Positions 37,092 through 47,561 of a stretch of DNA of 64,000 bases are shown here, one piece after another; position 1 is the first letter of the stretch; the number at the start of each line of letters is the position of its first letter. The notes under the pieces were generated by a model, which was not told the DNA's origin, made no database searches, and was given only the letters and a program-made list of their open reading frames with translations. Source of the stretch: Candidatus Rifleibacteriota bacterium (GTDB lineage: Bacteria; Muiribacteriota; Ozemobacteria; Ozemobacterales; Ozemobacteraceae); assembly GCA_018818125.1 (NCBI GenBank), contig JAHISQ010000120.1, positions 4,658-68,657 on the forward strand. The letters are read 5' to 3'. The translations under genes were made by a program, and so were the position numbers.

Positions 37092-38972
37092 TTAATCTTC
37101 AGATAAATCATATTCAGGGTAATACTTTTTTGCACACTCTTCACAGATTCCATGAGTGAATTCTGCATCTGAATGCTCTCGGACATACGACTCTATCTGG
37201 TTCCAATACCCTTTGTCATCCTTGATTTTTTTACAATGTGAACATATTGGCAATAGCCCACTTAATTTTTTTACCTGAGAAATTGCTTTTTGCAATTTAA
37301 TAACGGTTTCTTCCAATTTCTGATTTATCTGTTCTAGTTTTTGATTGTATTTTGAAACAATTGTAAATAGATAAATACCTACGGATAAGACGGCAATGAT
37401 GCCTCCTATGATCTTCCAGAAAAGGTTATAGTCAAACCCCCTCTCATATTTGACGGATATCCATTGTGAAAGAATTTTTGCTCTTTCTTTTTCTGTGATT
37501 GAGTCGATCGCTTTGTTAATTATTGATAGTAATAATGGGTCGTCGTTTCTGATACCGACTGATATTTTATATCTTTCTTCCAGTTTCCCTGCTATTTTCA
37601 AGTTAAACAAATTATAGCGTTGGATCAGGTAGCCAATCGCAGATATTGTGCCAATATAACCAAGCACTTCCCGTTTTTCCACCATCCTAAGACCTGATAA
37701 TGCATCATTAACTTCTACAATTTTGAGATCTGGATATTTTTTTCTTAAAATCTCAATTGCAGGGTAATTTTTTGTAATAGCAAACTTAGAATTCATGACC
37801 TGGTGAATGCTTTCTATAAATACCTGATCCTGTGTCGTTGCAATAACCATGGGAACATCTATTAGTGGTTGAGTGAAATTCAGATATTCTCTACGTGAAG
37901 GAGTTGGAACTGCCGCTGACAGAATGTCGCACTGTTTGCTTTTTGCAAACTCAAGCGACTCGGACCAGCTTTTTGTTTTCAACAATTTGATTTGTCTACC
38001 AATTCGTTTTGCAATAATATCTAAATAGTCTGCCAGCATACCCTTGTGCAAATCATTGTCATCTATGTAGGAATATGGCATCCAGTTAGGGTCTGTGCAC
38101 ATATCTATAACTTCTTTTTCGGCAAGATACTTTTGCTCTTCTGGTGTGAAATTTATCGTTCCCAGCTTGTCTTCATCGCTTTTTAAGGGGAAAAACCATC
38201 TGTTTTGTATTCTTAGTCTTTCCTCGCCAGAAATCTCAGCCAGACCCTTGTTGAGAATTGATATTGCTTCCGGCCAGTCCTTTCTTATTCCAAATGCTAC
38301 GCTCAGCGTGTCTTCAAGAGGGAATGCAATTTGGATGTAGGGCAGGTTCAGTTTATAGGATGCATACAAAATAGAACCATTGCCAAATGCGGCATCGGCT
38401 TCTCCGCTGATAACGGCTTTAATCACGCCCTCAATTGAATCACTGCTGAGAATTGTGGACTCCTTAAAATCCAGTGCAAGCTTTTCATCCAGAAGGTTGC
38501 CCTTGTGAATTATGATTTTTTTTCCCTTAAGGTCTTTTTTTGAAAAAATGTTTTTTGGGTTCCCGTTCTGGACAAGAATTGTTTTTTTTAATGAAGCGTA
38601 AATATTTGAGAAATTCAAAAAAACTTTGCGTTCTTCATGAATTGCACCGGTGCTTAATCCATCTATTTCTTTTCGTCTTGCCTTTTCCTGCATTTCCAGC
38701 CATTTGCCGGCCCTTAGTTGAAAGTTGGCTCCAGTAGCTTCGTTGATTTTTCCTAGTATTTCAGAATCGTATCCTGTGATGTCTCCATTGTCTTTAACAA
38801 TGACAAATGGTTCCCATGTTTTTTCGGTTCCAAGTGTAATCAATGGATGCTTGTCTAAAAATTCTCTCTCACTTTTGGATAGTTCTACTTTTTGCATACT
38901 GATGACTTCCGAAAACGGAATCAAGCTGAAAATCAGTGCTATAATGGCTGTCCAGCATTTTGAATGCAACAT
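37092..38972 (-). CDS. Sensor with two family-3 solute-binding domains, TM helix and C-terminal Cys/His module
   Basis: Two SBP-like repeats (TWEPF...GYDSEI; DPNWMPY...GMLADY), KYERGFDY-TM, LPICSHCKKIKDDKGYW...HGICEEC. Confidence 0.87.
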   Translation of the reverse strand: MLHSKCWTAIIALIFSLIPFSEVISMQKVELSKSEREFLDKHPLITLGTEKTWEPFVIVKDNGDITGYDSEILGKINEATGANFQLRAGKWLEMQEKARRKEIDGLSTGAIHEERKVFLNFSNIYASLKKTILVQNGNPKNIFSKKDLKGKKIIIHKGNLLDEKLALDFKESTILSSDSIEGVIKAVISGEADAAFGNGSILYASYKLNLPYIQIAFPLEDTLSVAFGIRKDWPEAISILNKGLAEISGEERLRIQNRWFFPLKSDEDKLGTINFTPEEQKYLAEKEVIDMCTDPNWMPYSYIDDNDLHKGMLADYLDIIAKRIGRQIKLLKTKSWSESLEFAKSKQCDILSAAVPTPSRREYLNFTQPLIDVPMVIATTQDQVFIESIHQVMNSKFAITKNYPAIEILRKKYPDLKIVEVNDALSGLRMVEKREVLGYIGTISAIGYLIQRYNLFNLKIAGKLEERYKISVGIRNDDPLLLSIINKAIDSITEKERAKILSQWISVKYERGFDYNLFWKIIGGIIAVLSVGIYLFTIVSKYNQKLEQINQKLEETVIKLQKAISQVKKLSGLLPICSHCKKIKDDKGYWNQIESYVREHSDAEFTHGICEECAKKYYPEYDLSED

Positions 38973-39154
38973 TATAAGTAATCCTCTTTATCCATGCGTG
39001 CATGATAATAACATATAACCAAGCATTCTTAGGATAGAGAATTTCACAGAACATTGGTATTGAGTGCTCGGTCAACGCCTGATTTCCATCCTGCTGTTTT
39101 TGCGCTGTAACCCTTTTAATTGGCTGTAAATAGTAATATCATATCGAAATACTT

Positions 39155-42067
39155 ATGATGAATATATTCAAAATTCCGCTCAGGTTGCTTGAGAGTTTTT
39201 TTGCCCGGAAGTTTCTGGTGCTGAATGCTCTCATCGGAATTTTGTGTTTTGTTGTATTGCCTGGTCTGATTGTATTTCGCGGCATTGAGGCAATGACATC
39301 GCACCATATATCTGAGATTAATTCAACGGCGCGTCACAGGCTCGAAAACAGACTTGATCAGCTTGAATTCTTTTCGAGTAACGACAGGTTTGCCCATTTT
39401 TTGCTGACATCGCTGTGTAAGGATTCTGATGGCAGCGAAAAGAACCTTTGTAGTCTTTCTGCTGATATTGCACGTCTTAAGAAACGTTTTGCCAACGCCT
39501 TTACTTTTGTTGTGGCGGATCGGCAGGGAAAGATTATTCCGAAATTGTCTGACGAGAAGAACTACGCTTATCTTTACCGTCAGGCTTTTTTGCTGATCGC
39601 CGAATGTGAAAAAGCTGTTCAGCAGAATTTTCAGCCTGAGAGCCTGGATAACATCGATGTGAGAATTACCCGTTTACGTCCGGTTCTTGGCGACCTGCTC
39701 AGACAGACTGATTTGTTCATGCCTTTAAAAGGTCCTCGTACCGGGCAATCTATTCTGGTATCTGGCAGCGCTGATAAATTCAATCTGTGGTATGGCACCG
39801 GGCGGGATTTTCGACTGATTGTTTATGTCAGTCGCGATTTTATAAGAGGAAACGATGGACTGGTGTGGGCTGTAGACAGACTGAATCGCCAGAGTCCAGA
39901 TCTGCTGACAGGAATTTCCAGATATCCGCCACTGTCTGAAAATCTGATTCCGCAGATTGCAGATGAGCAGTCGGCAAAAGTGATGCTTGCGCTGGCAAAA
40001 TATGAAGATATAAACCTGGAAAGCGCAGGCGATGATGATCAGATTGCCTGTAGTTTTCTAAACCAGCAGTGGCGTGGTTTCTGTTTTTTCAGATCTGGTG
40101 GTTTCAGCAATGTAGTGGCAATAAGAGCCAGCATGTTCAGTTCTCTTGCACGCATTTTACTGGTGATTCTATTCATAATTGCCGTTTATCAGCTGAAGAC
40201 CCCTGTTTCTGTCACCGTAAAGCTCAAGATCACAGCTTTTTTTAGTTATGCAATTGTTTTGCCGCTGCTTGTGATTGCTTCGCTCTCCTTGCAGTATATA
40301 AGGCAGGCAGAAGGCAGTATTATCAATGATTTGCAAAAAGAGGCGCAACAAACTCTCGAAAGAATTGATGCCGATCTGGCCTGGTATTCCAAGAACAAGG
40401 CTGCAGATCTTGATGATTTTCTAAGCCGGCAACTCAAAAATCGTTCAGTGGATCAGTTCAGTCGGAATGAACTGGTAAATTTCGACCTGGATCTTCGCAA
40501 AGTAGCAGATCACGATGATGCAATTATTCTCAATGCTTCTGGAAATGACTTTTTGCAGGGAATTTCTCCAAGAATCTCAATGAATCATGTTCTTGTTCGC
40601 CGAATTGGTTGTGATACTCTCAAACTTCTTGTTGCGCCAGATTATGTCTCCAGCATCAATAAAGCGAATGTTTTATCCTGGGAGTTTCTGGGAGATATCT
40701 ACGATTTGCAGAGTACAATTACCTATCTGGGAGTTGGTGACTTTGAGATGGCTGCATATTACCGTCTATTGACGCCCCCCTCAGGTCGTATTGATGATGT
40801 TCTTTTTGTTGCCATATTCTGGAAGTTGAGTAAACTCCACCGCAGTTTTGTCGAGAATTACTGTAAAACCAAGCTGATTTCGACACCGAGGCTAAAAATT
40901 GCGGCTTTTTGTCGCGACAGCGATCGTTTATTTGTATCTCCTGATGGAGCTGATTCAAGACTTACCCGATTCATGAAGCTTTCAATAAATCGTCAGAATA
41001 TCAGGAGTTCTGATTTCAGGCTTTCTGGAAGTCGGCATGTAGCAATAGCTATGCCTGGTCGTAGTCTAAAACACATCATTCTGGCAGCTTTAATGCCTGC
41101 GGATGTTATTGAACAGCAGACCGATAAAATTGTAAATAAAGCCTTGTTCTTTGCGGCTTTTCTCTGTCTGATAAGTGTGGCAACTATGTATTTATTGCGC
41201 AGTTGGATATTCAGGCCGCTCGAAGAACTAAGGACTGGCATCAGGGCAATTGGTGAAAGAGCATTTCACAAGCGGCTGAATCTGGTCTGTAACAATGAAC
41301 TTGGCAGGCTTATGAGCGCTTTTAATTATTCTCTGGAAACACTACAGGAACTTGAAGTCGCGCGAATTGTTCAGGAAAGCATATTGCCTGAACCAAGAAT
41401 GACAGTGAACCGTGTCGAAGTTGTTGCACAGACTCTTGCCATGAGCGGTTTGGGCGGTGACTATTTTGACATGATCAAACTGGATGACCAGAAATTACTT
41501 GTCTTTATCGGCGATGCTACGGGGCATGGCATTCCAGCGGCCCTCAGTATGGCAATGGCCAAAGCAACGCTGATTCATGAAAACAATCGAAGTTTGTCGC
41601 CAGAAAACCTGATGCAACAGCTGGATAAACTTTTTGCAAAACTTCGAAAACATGGAGTTAAAGACTATATGACTGCTCTCTGTGTCGAGATAGACAGCAT
41701 GTCTGGCGTTGTCAGAATCATTAATGCCGGGCACTGTTTTCCGATATTGCTTGAGTCGTTAACAGGAAAAGCTCGACTGCTGAAGGCTGCGCGAGGACTT
41801 CCCGCCGGATTTGATGCATATGGCAGTTCTAAGCCGGCTGAGATTAAGCTTGCACCTGGTGACAGCCTGATTCTTTATACAGATGGTTTTATCGAATGTT
41901 CCAGTCCGAGTGGCGAACCTGTTGGCTTTGATGGTCTGATAAAAATAGTTGAACTTGCTCAAACTGTTGATCTGACTGCGCACGTTGCAGGAATTTTTCA
42001 GCATCTGAAGCAGTGGTCGGAGCATCGCCAGGATGACTGTACTATGATAATTTTGAGGTTTTCATGA
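39155..42067 (+). CDS. 4TM-HAMP SpoIIE/PP2C phosphatase
   Basis: HAMP (RPLEEL...NELGRL), GGDYFD, DATGHG, NAGH, YTDG, QDDCT. Confidence 0.9.
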   Translation: MMNIFKIPLRLLESFFARKFLVLNALIGILCFVVLPGLIVFRGIEAMTSHHISEINSTARHRLENRLDQLEFFSSNDRFAHFLLTSLCKDSDGSEKNLCSLSADIARLKKRFANAFTFVVADRQGKIIPKLSDEKNYAYLYRQAFLLIAECEKAVQQNFQPESLDNIDVRITRLRPVLGDLLRQTDLFMPLKGPRTGQSILVSGSADKFNLWYGTGRDFRLIVYVSRDFIRGNDGLVWAVDRLNRQSPDLLTGISRYPPLSENLIPQIADEQSAKVMLALAKYEDINLESAGDDDQIACSFLNQQWRGFCFFRSGGFSNVVAIRASMFSSLARILLVILFIIAVYQLKTPVSVTVKLKITAFFSYAIVLPLLVIASLSLQYIRQAEGSIINDLQKEAQQTLERIDADLAWYSKNKAADLDDFLSRQLKNRSVDQFSRNELVNFDLDLRKVADHDDAIILNASGNDFLQGISPRISMNHVLVRRIGCDTLKLLVAPDYVSSINKANVLSWEFLGDIYDLQSTITYLGVGDFEMAAYYRLLTPPSGRIDDVLFVAIFWKLSKLHRSFVENYCKTKLISTPRLKIAAFCRDSDRLFVSPDGADSRLTRFMKLSINRQNIRSSDFRLSGSRHVAIAMPGRSLKHIILAALMPADVIEQQTDKIVNKALFFAAFLCLISVATMYLLRSWIFRPLEELRTGIRAIGERAFHKRLNLVCNNELGRLMSAFNYSLETLQELEVARIVQESILPEPRMTVNRVEVVAQTLAMSGLGGDYFDMIKLDDQKLLVFIGDATGHGIPAALSMAMAKATLIHENNRSLSPENLMQQLDKLFAKLRKHGVKDYMTALCVEIDSMSGVVRIINAGHCFPILLESLTGKARLLKAARGLPAGFDAYGSSKPAEIKLAPGDSLILYTDGFIECSSPSGEPVGFDGLIKIVELAQTVDLTAHVAGIFQHLKQWSEHRQDDCTMIILRFS

Positions 42068-44979
42068 GCGCAGAAAAATCAAAAAAAGTTGCTCAACCCG
42101 GCCTTTTTTCCAGGCTGTATTTTGTGCTAATTCTGCTTGTATTCCCTGCTTTTGCTCTTTATGAAGGCCTGTCATATTTTGCAGCCAATAACAAAAAACT
42201 CGAAATTTCTCAGGCAGCAAAAGATCTTTTTAAAATCAAGAATGATCTAAAATTGCATGCCAGTGAATCAGAGTTCTGGATAAACAAGCTGACATCAATT
42301 AAGGCCAATTCTCCTTCGCCAGCTTCTTTTGCTGAATCTCTCAGCGGATTTATCGCAAAGTATGATGTAAATATGGAGTTTGCTACCTATAGTTCTTCTG
42401 GCACGCTTGTTGCTGATAATTTTGCTGCAACAGTAACCAGAAAAGATCTGCAGGTCGCCGGGCCGCTGTTGGTGACATCAGTGAGTTCTTCCGGCTCACA
42501 TAAACGCTATAAAGCATTGGATAAGCTTAGGTCGCTGCTGGGAAGAAATCTTTTTATTCCATTTATGGGTAAGGATCGGGCATATGTATTGAATGGCTTT
42601 TTGCAGACTGATTTTGTCGAAGACAAATATCGAATATGGCTGGTTCGAGACACTGATTTAATGGTTCTGGTAAGGTTTCCGTCGGCTGAGCTTAAAGAAC
42701 ATACCGGGCTGAAGGATTTTATGACTGGTATGACTGTCAGTAACATCAGTTTTGCCAGCTTTAAAGATGACAAACTTGTTGGCAATACTGATTTCAGCCC
42801 AACTCTTGCCCGTGTTGCATTTTATCGACTGAAGGAAACTCCTGGTAAAGAATATCAGGAAATCGAGAATTGCCTTTTCTCTAAAGTTCAGACTGGTCGC
42901 AACAACGGTATTCTATTGATGATGCAGCTGCAAAAGCCCATGTTAAGGCCGGGGCAGCAGGTTTTGCTGATAGTTCTGCTACTGCTGGTAGCAGGAATTA
43001 TGCTGATGCGCTCGGGATTTTTTCCGGCAAGAATTGAGGATTTATCGCTGCTCGTGCAGATTTGTATTTTGATGTCGATTTCGGCTGGTATCCCTTTACT
43101 AATTCTTGGTTCGGTTGCAATAGGCTATTTTAACAACAAGCAGTCAGGTCTGGTAAGAGAGAAGAGTCAGCAGATGGTTGAATTTGTTCAGCAGTTCGAT
43201 CAAGGTCTGCAATTGGAATATGCCCGCCAGGCCCGCGCGGTTAATCATACTATTTCTATGCTGAATGATTCTCTGCGTAATGGCTTCGACAGAGAAGAGA
43301 TTTTTAGAGGCATTTTGCAGTATCTGGGCAGGAATTTTTCCGATGCAGTTATTCTCAGAGATACTGGAGCCCGTGATGCCACAACTGGCAAAAAAGCTGC
43401 TGTTGAGGCCTTTGCCGCCAATCAGAAGTCAATTAACATGGTTGAAAAGAATAACGAAAATGTAAGTTTTGATCTGATCGGGAAGCAGCTTCTCTCGGCA
43501 GTAAGATCGGATCCCTGTGAGGATATACCGGTTGATAAAGCATACATACTGGAAATGTATTTTCAGAAGCCGGTGCCGATGATAGTTCATGATCTATTAA
43601 AACTTGCTGGAAATCTGTCGGATTTTGCCTGGGGCAACTCGCAGACTGCTCTTTTCCTCGATACTTACAAAGTTTTGTTTTCCGGCAATTTTGATCATCT
43701 TCTGCTGGTTTCATTTCAAACTTCAACCATACAGAGCGATTACACTGCGAACAATATACTCAGGCTTTCACGAAATCCTTTTGGATTCGAATTTTTTGTT
43801 GCTCAGGGCCGTCATTTTCATAATGAAAATGCTGATCTGTTGAATTATCCAGAAATCAACGAGCTGTTTTTACGTGTCTCTGAATATCCGCCGGTTGAGC
43901 CGGAAATCGTTGAATTCAAAAATGAGAAACACATTTATTTAGGTCTTAATGGTCGGCGCGCTGATCGGTTAAAGTTTTGTGTGCTTTACCCGCTTTCGCG
44001 CATTGAAAATGAAATCGAAAAAGAAGCAAAAGATTTGATATATCTATCGGCGCTGGCCGTTGCGATTGTGATTTTTATGGTACTGATTCTTTATCTGAAT
44101 CTGCTGCTGCCGGTAAATCGATTGCATCAGGCGGCGTATGCGCTGCAGACACGCGATTCCTCTTTCCGGCTGCCCGAAAGTCAGGGCGATGAATTTGCGG
44201 AAATGGCGACTATTTTTAATGCCAGCATCGCTGATTTCGAAGAATTGCAGATCGCCAGCATTGTTCAGAAGCGTCTGTTTCCGAATAAGTCTTTGAATGT
44301 TGAAGGTTTCAGTATTTTCGGGCGCTGTCTGCCTATGGCTGATCTTGGCGGCGATTATTTTGACTATTTTAAGATTGATGACGATCATTTTGCTCTGCTA
44401 CTTGGCGATGTTGCCGGGCATGGCGTCGGTGCGTCGCTGATAATGGCCATGGCTAAGGCAGGGGTGATCTGTGCGCATGATGTTTACAAAGATCCGGCGC
44501 TGCTACTGATGAGACTGCACCAGATAGTGTTTGCCGCCAAAAGCCGTATACAGCGCAAGGTTATGACTTTTCAGTATATGCTTATAAATAGCCGCACGCG
44601 TCAGATCGTTTACTCAAATGCTGGCGGTTGTTCGCCGGCACTGGTAGATGCTAAAACATCCTCTGTAAGCGAGATTAGTCACGCTGGCCCGGTTCTTGGT
44701 GGCTTTAAAAAAACTACCTATAGCAACCTTTCACTGTCTATTAGAGGTAATCAGGCGGTGATTTTTTACACAGATGGTATGGTCGAGGCACGCAATGAAG
44801 CAGGAATAGAACTTGGATATCAGGGTCTTTTTGATCTTTTTGCCAGATGCTTTGATTCTGATGCGCATGTTTATTACGAGAAGGTTCAGACCGCATTTCG
44901 TCAGTGGCTTGGCAATTCAACAGTTGATGACGACATGACCCTGATCGTAATGGTATGTCAAAACCCTCAGACTCAGTAA
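42064..44979 (+). CDS. 4TM-HAMP SpoIIE/PP2C phosphatase, second paralog
   Basis: ATGA overlap; HAMP, GGDYFD, DVAGHG, NAGG, YTDG, DDDMT. Confidence 0.9.
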   Translation: MSAEKSKKVAQPGLFSRLYFVLILLVFPAFALYEGLSYFAANNKKLEISQAAKDLFKIKNDLKLHASESEFWINKLTSIKANSPSPASFAESLSGFIAKYDVNMEFATYSSSGTLVADNFAATVTRKDLQVAGPLLVTSVSSSGSHKRYKALDKLRSLLGRNLFIPFMGKDRAYVLNGFLQTDFVEDKYRIWLVRDTDLMVLVRFPSAELKEHTGLKDFMTGMTVSNISFASFKDDKLVGNTDFSPTLARVAFYRLKETPGKEYQEIENCLFSKVQTGRNNGILLMMQLQKPMLRPGQQVLLIVLLLLVAGIMLMRSGFFPARIEDLSLLVQICILMSISAGIPLLILGSVAIGYFNNKQSGLVREKSQQMVEFVQQFDQGLQLEYARQARAVNHTISMLNDSLRNGFDREEIFRGILQYLGRNFSDAVILRDTGARDATTGKKAAVEAFAANQKSINMVEKNNENVSFDLIGKQLLSAVRSDPCEDIPVDKAYILEMYFQKPVPMIVHDLLKLAGNLSDFAWGNSQTALFLDTYKVLFSGNFDHLLLVSFQTSTIQSDYTANNILRLSRNPFGFEFFVAQGRHFHNENADLLNYPEINELFLRVSEYPPVEPEIVEFKNEKHIYLGLNGRRADRLKFCVLYPLSRIENEIEKEAKDLIYLSALAVAIVIFMVLILYLNLLLPVNRLHQAAYALQTRDSSFRLPESQGDEFAEMATIFNASIADFEELQIASIVQKRLFPNKSLNVEGFSIFGRCLPMADLGGDYFDYFKIDDDHFALLLGDVAGHGVGASLIMAMAKAGVICAHDVYKDPALLLMRLHQIVFAAKSRIQRKVMTFQYMLINSRTRQIVYSNAGGCSPALVDAKTSSVSEISHAGPVLGGFKKTTYSNLSLSIRGNQAVIFYTDGMVEARNEAGIELGYQGLFDLFARCFDSDAHVYYEKVQTAFRQWLGNSTVDDDMTLIVMVCQNPQTQ

Positions 44980-45051
44980 CAGGTTTATTCCATAGGAATT
45001 TCAGAAAGCATAATGGCAGTTGCAGGCGCTTAACTACAATCAGGTGCCAGG

Positions 45052-46119
45052 TTAATAGTCGAAAAACAGTTGCTGAATTGCAGGCTTAGCAAGGTTTTTC
45101 TGTAGAGCCAGCATGAGAAGTATTCGTGACTTTTGCGGAGTCAGGCTGTCAGAAACAATAAAACCATATTTCGTATCGTCAACTTCGGCATCCAGTGTAA
45201 CTGGTCCACCGGGTACGCGTGAGGCCCGAACGACAGTTAGACCGTTTTCAGAAGCCTTCGCGAGAACGGCAAGAACTTCTTCAGAAGGGTTTCCGTTGCC
45301 GACGCCGGCATAAACAAGTCCTTTTATGCCGGTGTTACAGATGGCTTCAACTATTTCAGAGTTGATTCCAGCATAGCCGTAGATGATAGCAACTTCAGGC
45401 AAAGAGGCGGTAAAGATTCCCAGCTTAAGGGCACTTTGATAAGTGTGTCGTTTGTCAGGTCTGGCATTAAAACTTACTTTGCCATAGTTTACCCGGCCAA
45501 TCGGCCCATTTTCCTGATCGGAAAATGCTGCTGGATTTATGGTGTCACACTTTTTGACGCCACGGGCCGAATAAACTCTATCGTTCATTACCACCATTAC
45601 GCCTTTATTTATTGAGTTTGGCGCTGCAGCCACTGCGACCGCATTATACAGGTTCATAGCTCCATCTGCGCTCAGTGCAGAACCTGGCCGCATCGATCCG
45701 GTCAGAATGACTGGTTTGTCATAGGCTACGGTAAGATTCAGAAAGTATGCTGTTTCTTCCATTGTATCTGTGCCGTGGGTAATTACGACGCCATCAGCCA
45801 GACCTAGTCTGAAGAGCTGATTAATTCTTGCAGCCAGTTTCAGCCAGTATTCAACTTTCATGTCCTGACTGCTGATATTGCAGATTTGCTCGCCACTTAT
45901 TTTGGCAATATTGCTCAGTTCAGGAACTGCGGCAATAACTTTTTCAACCGGACTGACTGCCGCTTTATAAGCTGATCCGGTCGAACTGGCACCACTTCCG
46001 GCAATGGTTCCGCCGGTTGCCAGAACACTGATTTTCGGCATGGCAACAGCAGCCAGTGATACTGACAACAGTAAGAAAATATGGCAGATAATAATTTTAT
46101 TCAGAAATTTTTTGTTCAT
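45052..46119 (-). CDS. ansB: Type II (secreted) L-asparaginase
   Basis: Signal peptide, ATGGTIAG, HGTDTMEET, GSMRP, SADGAMNL, GVGNGN. Confidence 0.92.
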   Translation of the reverse strand: MNKKFLNKIIICHIFLLLSVSLAAVAMPKISVLATGGTIAGSGASSTGSAYKAAVSPVEKVIAAVPELSNIAKISGEQICNISSQDMKVEYWLKLAARINQLFRLGLADGVVITHGTDTMEETAYFLNLTVAYDKPVILTGSMRPGSALSADGAMNLYNAVAVAAAPNSINKGVMVVMNDRVYSARGVKKCDTINPAAFSDQENGPIGRVNYGKVSFNARPDKRHTYQSALKLGIFTASLPEVAIIYGYAGINSEIVEAICNTGIKGLVYAGVGNGNPSEEVLAVLAKASENGLTVVRASRVPGGPVTLDAEVDDTKYGFIVSDSLTPQKSRILLMLALQKNLAKPAIQQLFFDY

Positions 46120-46206
46120 CTGTAACTCCCAAAAGTTAAACTCATGCTAGAATAAGCAGAACGACCTCTATTATGGTTCTTGATCAGCATACCAGCCTGA
46201 GAGGAA

Positions 46207-46494
46207 ATGTTGCTAATGAATTTTAACAGAATTATTTCGCTGCTGATTTATCTGGTATATCTGGGTTTTGCCATAAAGGAAAAGGCAGTAGTTATCGCTC
46301 TATTTCCTTTGCTGGGACTGGTTTTTATCTGGTTCCCTTCGATGGCTAAAATTTTTGATTCCATGGGCGCGGTCGCGAGAAGATCCGCACCAATGGACCC
46401 TGATACTCCATCCTGTGCTTTCGCTCTAATTGGTTGGGCAATACTTTTATCGCCAGTTTTCATGGCCGCAATTGCCAAACTCGCCAGCATGTAA
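46207..46494 (+). CDS. Small membrane protein of unknown function
   Basis: Three hydrophobic segments, GAGG RBS, TGCTAGAAT element at 46145-46153. Confidence 0.6.
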   Translation: MLLMNFNRIISLLIYLVYLGFAIKEKAVVIALFPLLGLVFIWFPSMAKIFDSMGAVARRSAPMDPDTPSCAFALIGWAILLSPVFMAAIAKLASM

Positions 46495-46546
46495 CGAATG
46501 CTAAAAGTTGCTTAAAGCAGACCGCTTATGGTAACCTGAGCAAGCT

Positions 46547-46620
46547 GCACCCATAGCTCAGCTGGATAGAGTGTCTGCCTCCGGAGCAGAAGGTCACAGG
46601 TTCGAATCCTGTTGGGTGCG
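46547..46620 (+). tRNA. trnR: tRNA-Arg (anticodon CCG)
   Basis: Acceptor stem GCACCCA/TGGGTGC, D-arm AGCTCAGCTGGATAGAG, anticodon stem TCTGC/GCAGA with CCG at 46581-46583, GGTTCGAATCC; CCA not encoded. Confidence 0.97.
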
Positions 46621-46733
46621 CTTTCCTTTTTAGTCCAGTCGATGACTTATATGTTATACTTAATGTACGGGGAGAGTGTCTTCTCTTCTGATACGTATAT
46701 TCTAAGAATGTCGTTTGGCACAAGAGGCAAAGC

Positions 46734-47561
46734 ATGAAGTTTATGCCGATGAAGTTGTTGCTGTTTTTCCTGGTTTTTCAATCAGCAAACATTGCCTTTT
46801 CCTGCGATCTGCAATTAGTGGGATTACTTACCGCTCCCTTTGAAGCAGAACAGGAGTTTTCTGGTCTGGTGACCGACATTGCTTCTCATACCAAGACTTT
46901 AAGTACGACTCTTGCAGATTTTTTGCTGAAACATCAGAAATATTATTTCCCGCCTAAAAATGTTAATGGTCAGTTTCTGTCTTCAGATATTGAAGTAACC
47001 AAAGAAGAGGCGAATGCTTTTGTTAAGCAGTTTGCCGGACAGGTTGACCAGATTGCAGTTATCTGGGATGGCCTTAGAAAAAACAGCGCGATTCACCCGC
47101 CATGGGGCAATGATGACAAGATCTGGGATCAGAAGTGCCAGGACATCGAAAGCTTTTTGAAAAAACTGAAGGAAAACGTGATTCACAGAGATTTTATTGT
47201 TTTGCATGATTTTGTATCTGGTTTGTATGTCAGTATCCTTTCACTGCTTGAACCTGAGCCGAAAGATGTAATGCAAAGCTCCTTGCTGGCTCTCTCAGGA
47301 GATATCATAAAGTTGGTTCGTGGGGTTGAGCAGAGTAGAATTATTGACATAGAATTGGCATCATTCGCTCTGATTACTCATGTAGATAAGCTTGAAAACT
47401 CTCTGCCTCAAGAACAGCGCGTTTGTCTGAACGATCTAAAATCTACGGTCAATGAGTTGGAAAACGCCTTGAAAAATGAACAGCTTTATTTACTTATTGA
47501 GCTGGCAGGTAAAACAGAGCAGCATTTTGGTGAACTTACCGAGTCTTTAAGTGGAAAATAG
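46734..47561 (+). CDS. Secreted helical protein of unknown function
   Basis: Signal peptide, long ORF, overlaps the first prepilin-like gene. Confidence 0.7.
   Translation: MKFMPMKLLLFFLVFQSANIAFSCDLQLVGLLTAPFEAEQEFSGLVTDIASHTKTLSTTLADFLLKHQKYYFPPKNVNGQFLSSDIEVTKEEANAFVKQFAGQVDQIAVIWDGLRKNSAIHPPWGNDDKIWDQKCQDIESFLKKLKENVIHRDFIVLHDFVSGLYVSILSLLEPEPKDVMQSSLLALSGDIIKLVRGVEQSRIIDIELASFALITHVDKLENSLPQEQRVCLNDLKSTVNELENALKNEQLYLLIELAGKTEQHFGELTESLSGK

Noticed and set aside
39155-44979. Complementary catalytic degeneracy in the PP2C pair, as in the cyclase pair
   Set aside because: Both proteins keep GGDYFD, DxxGHG, TDG and DDxT.
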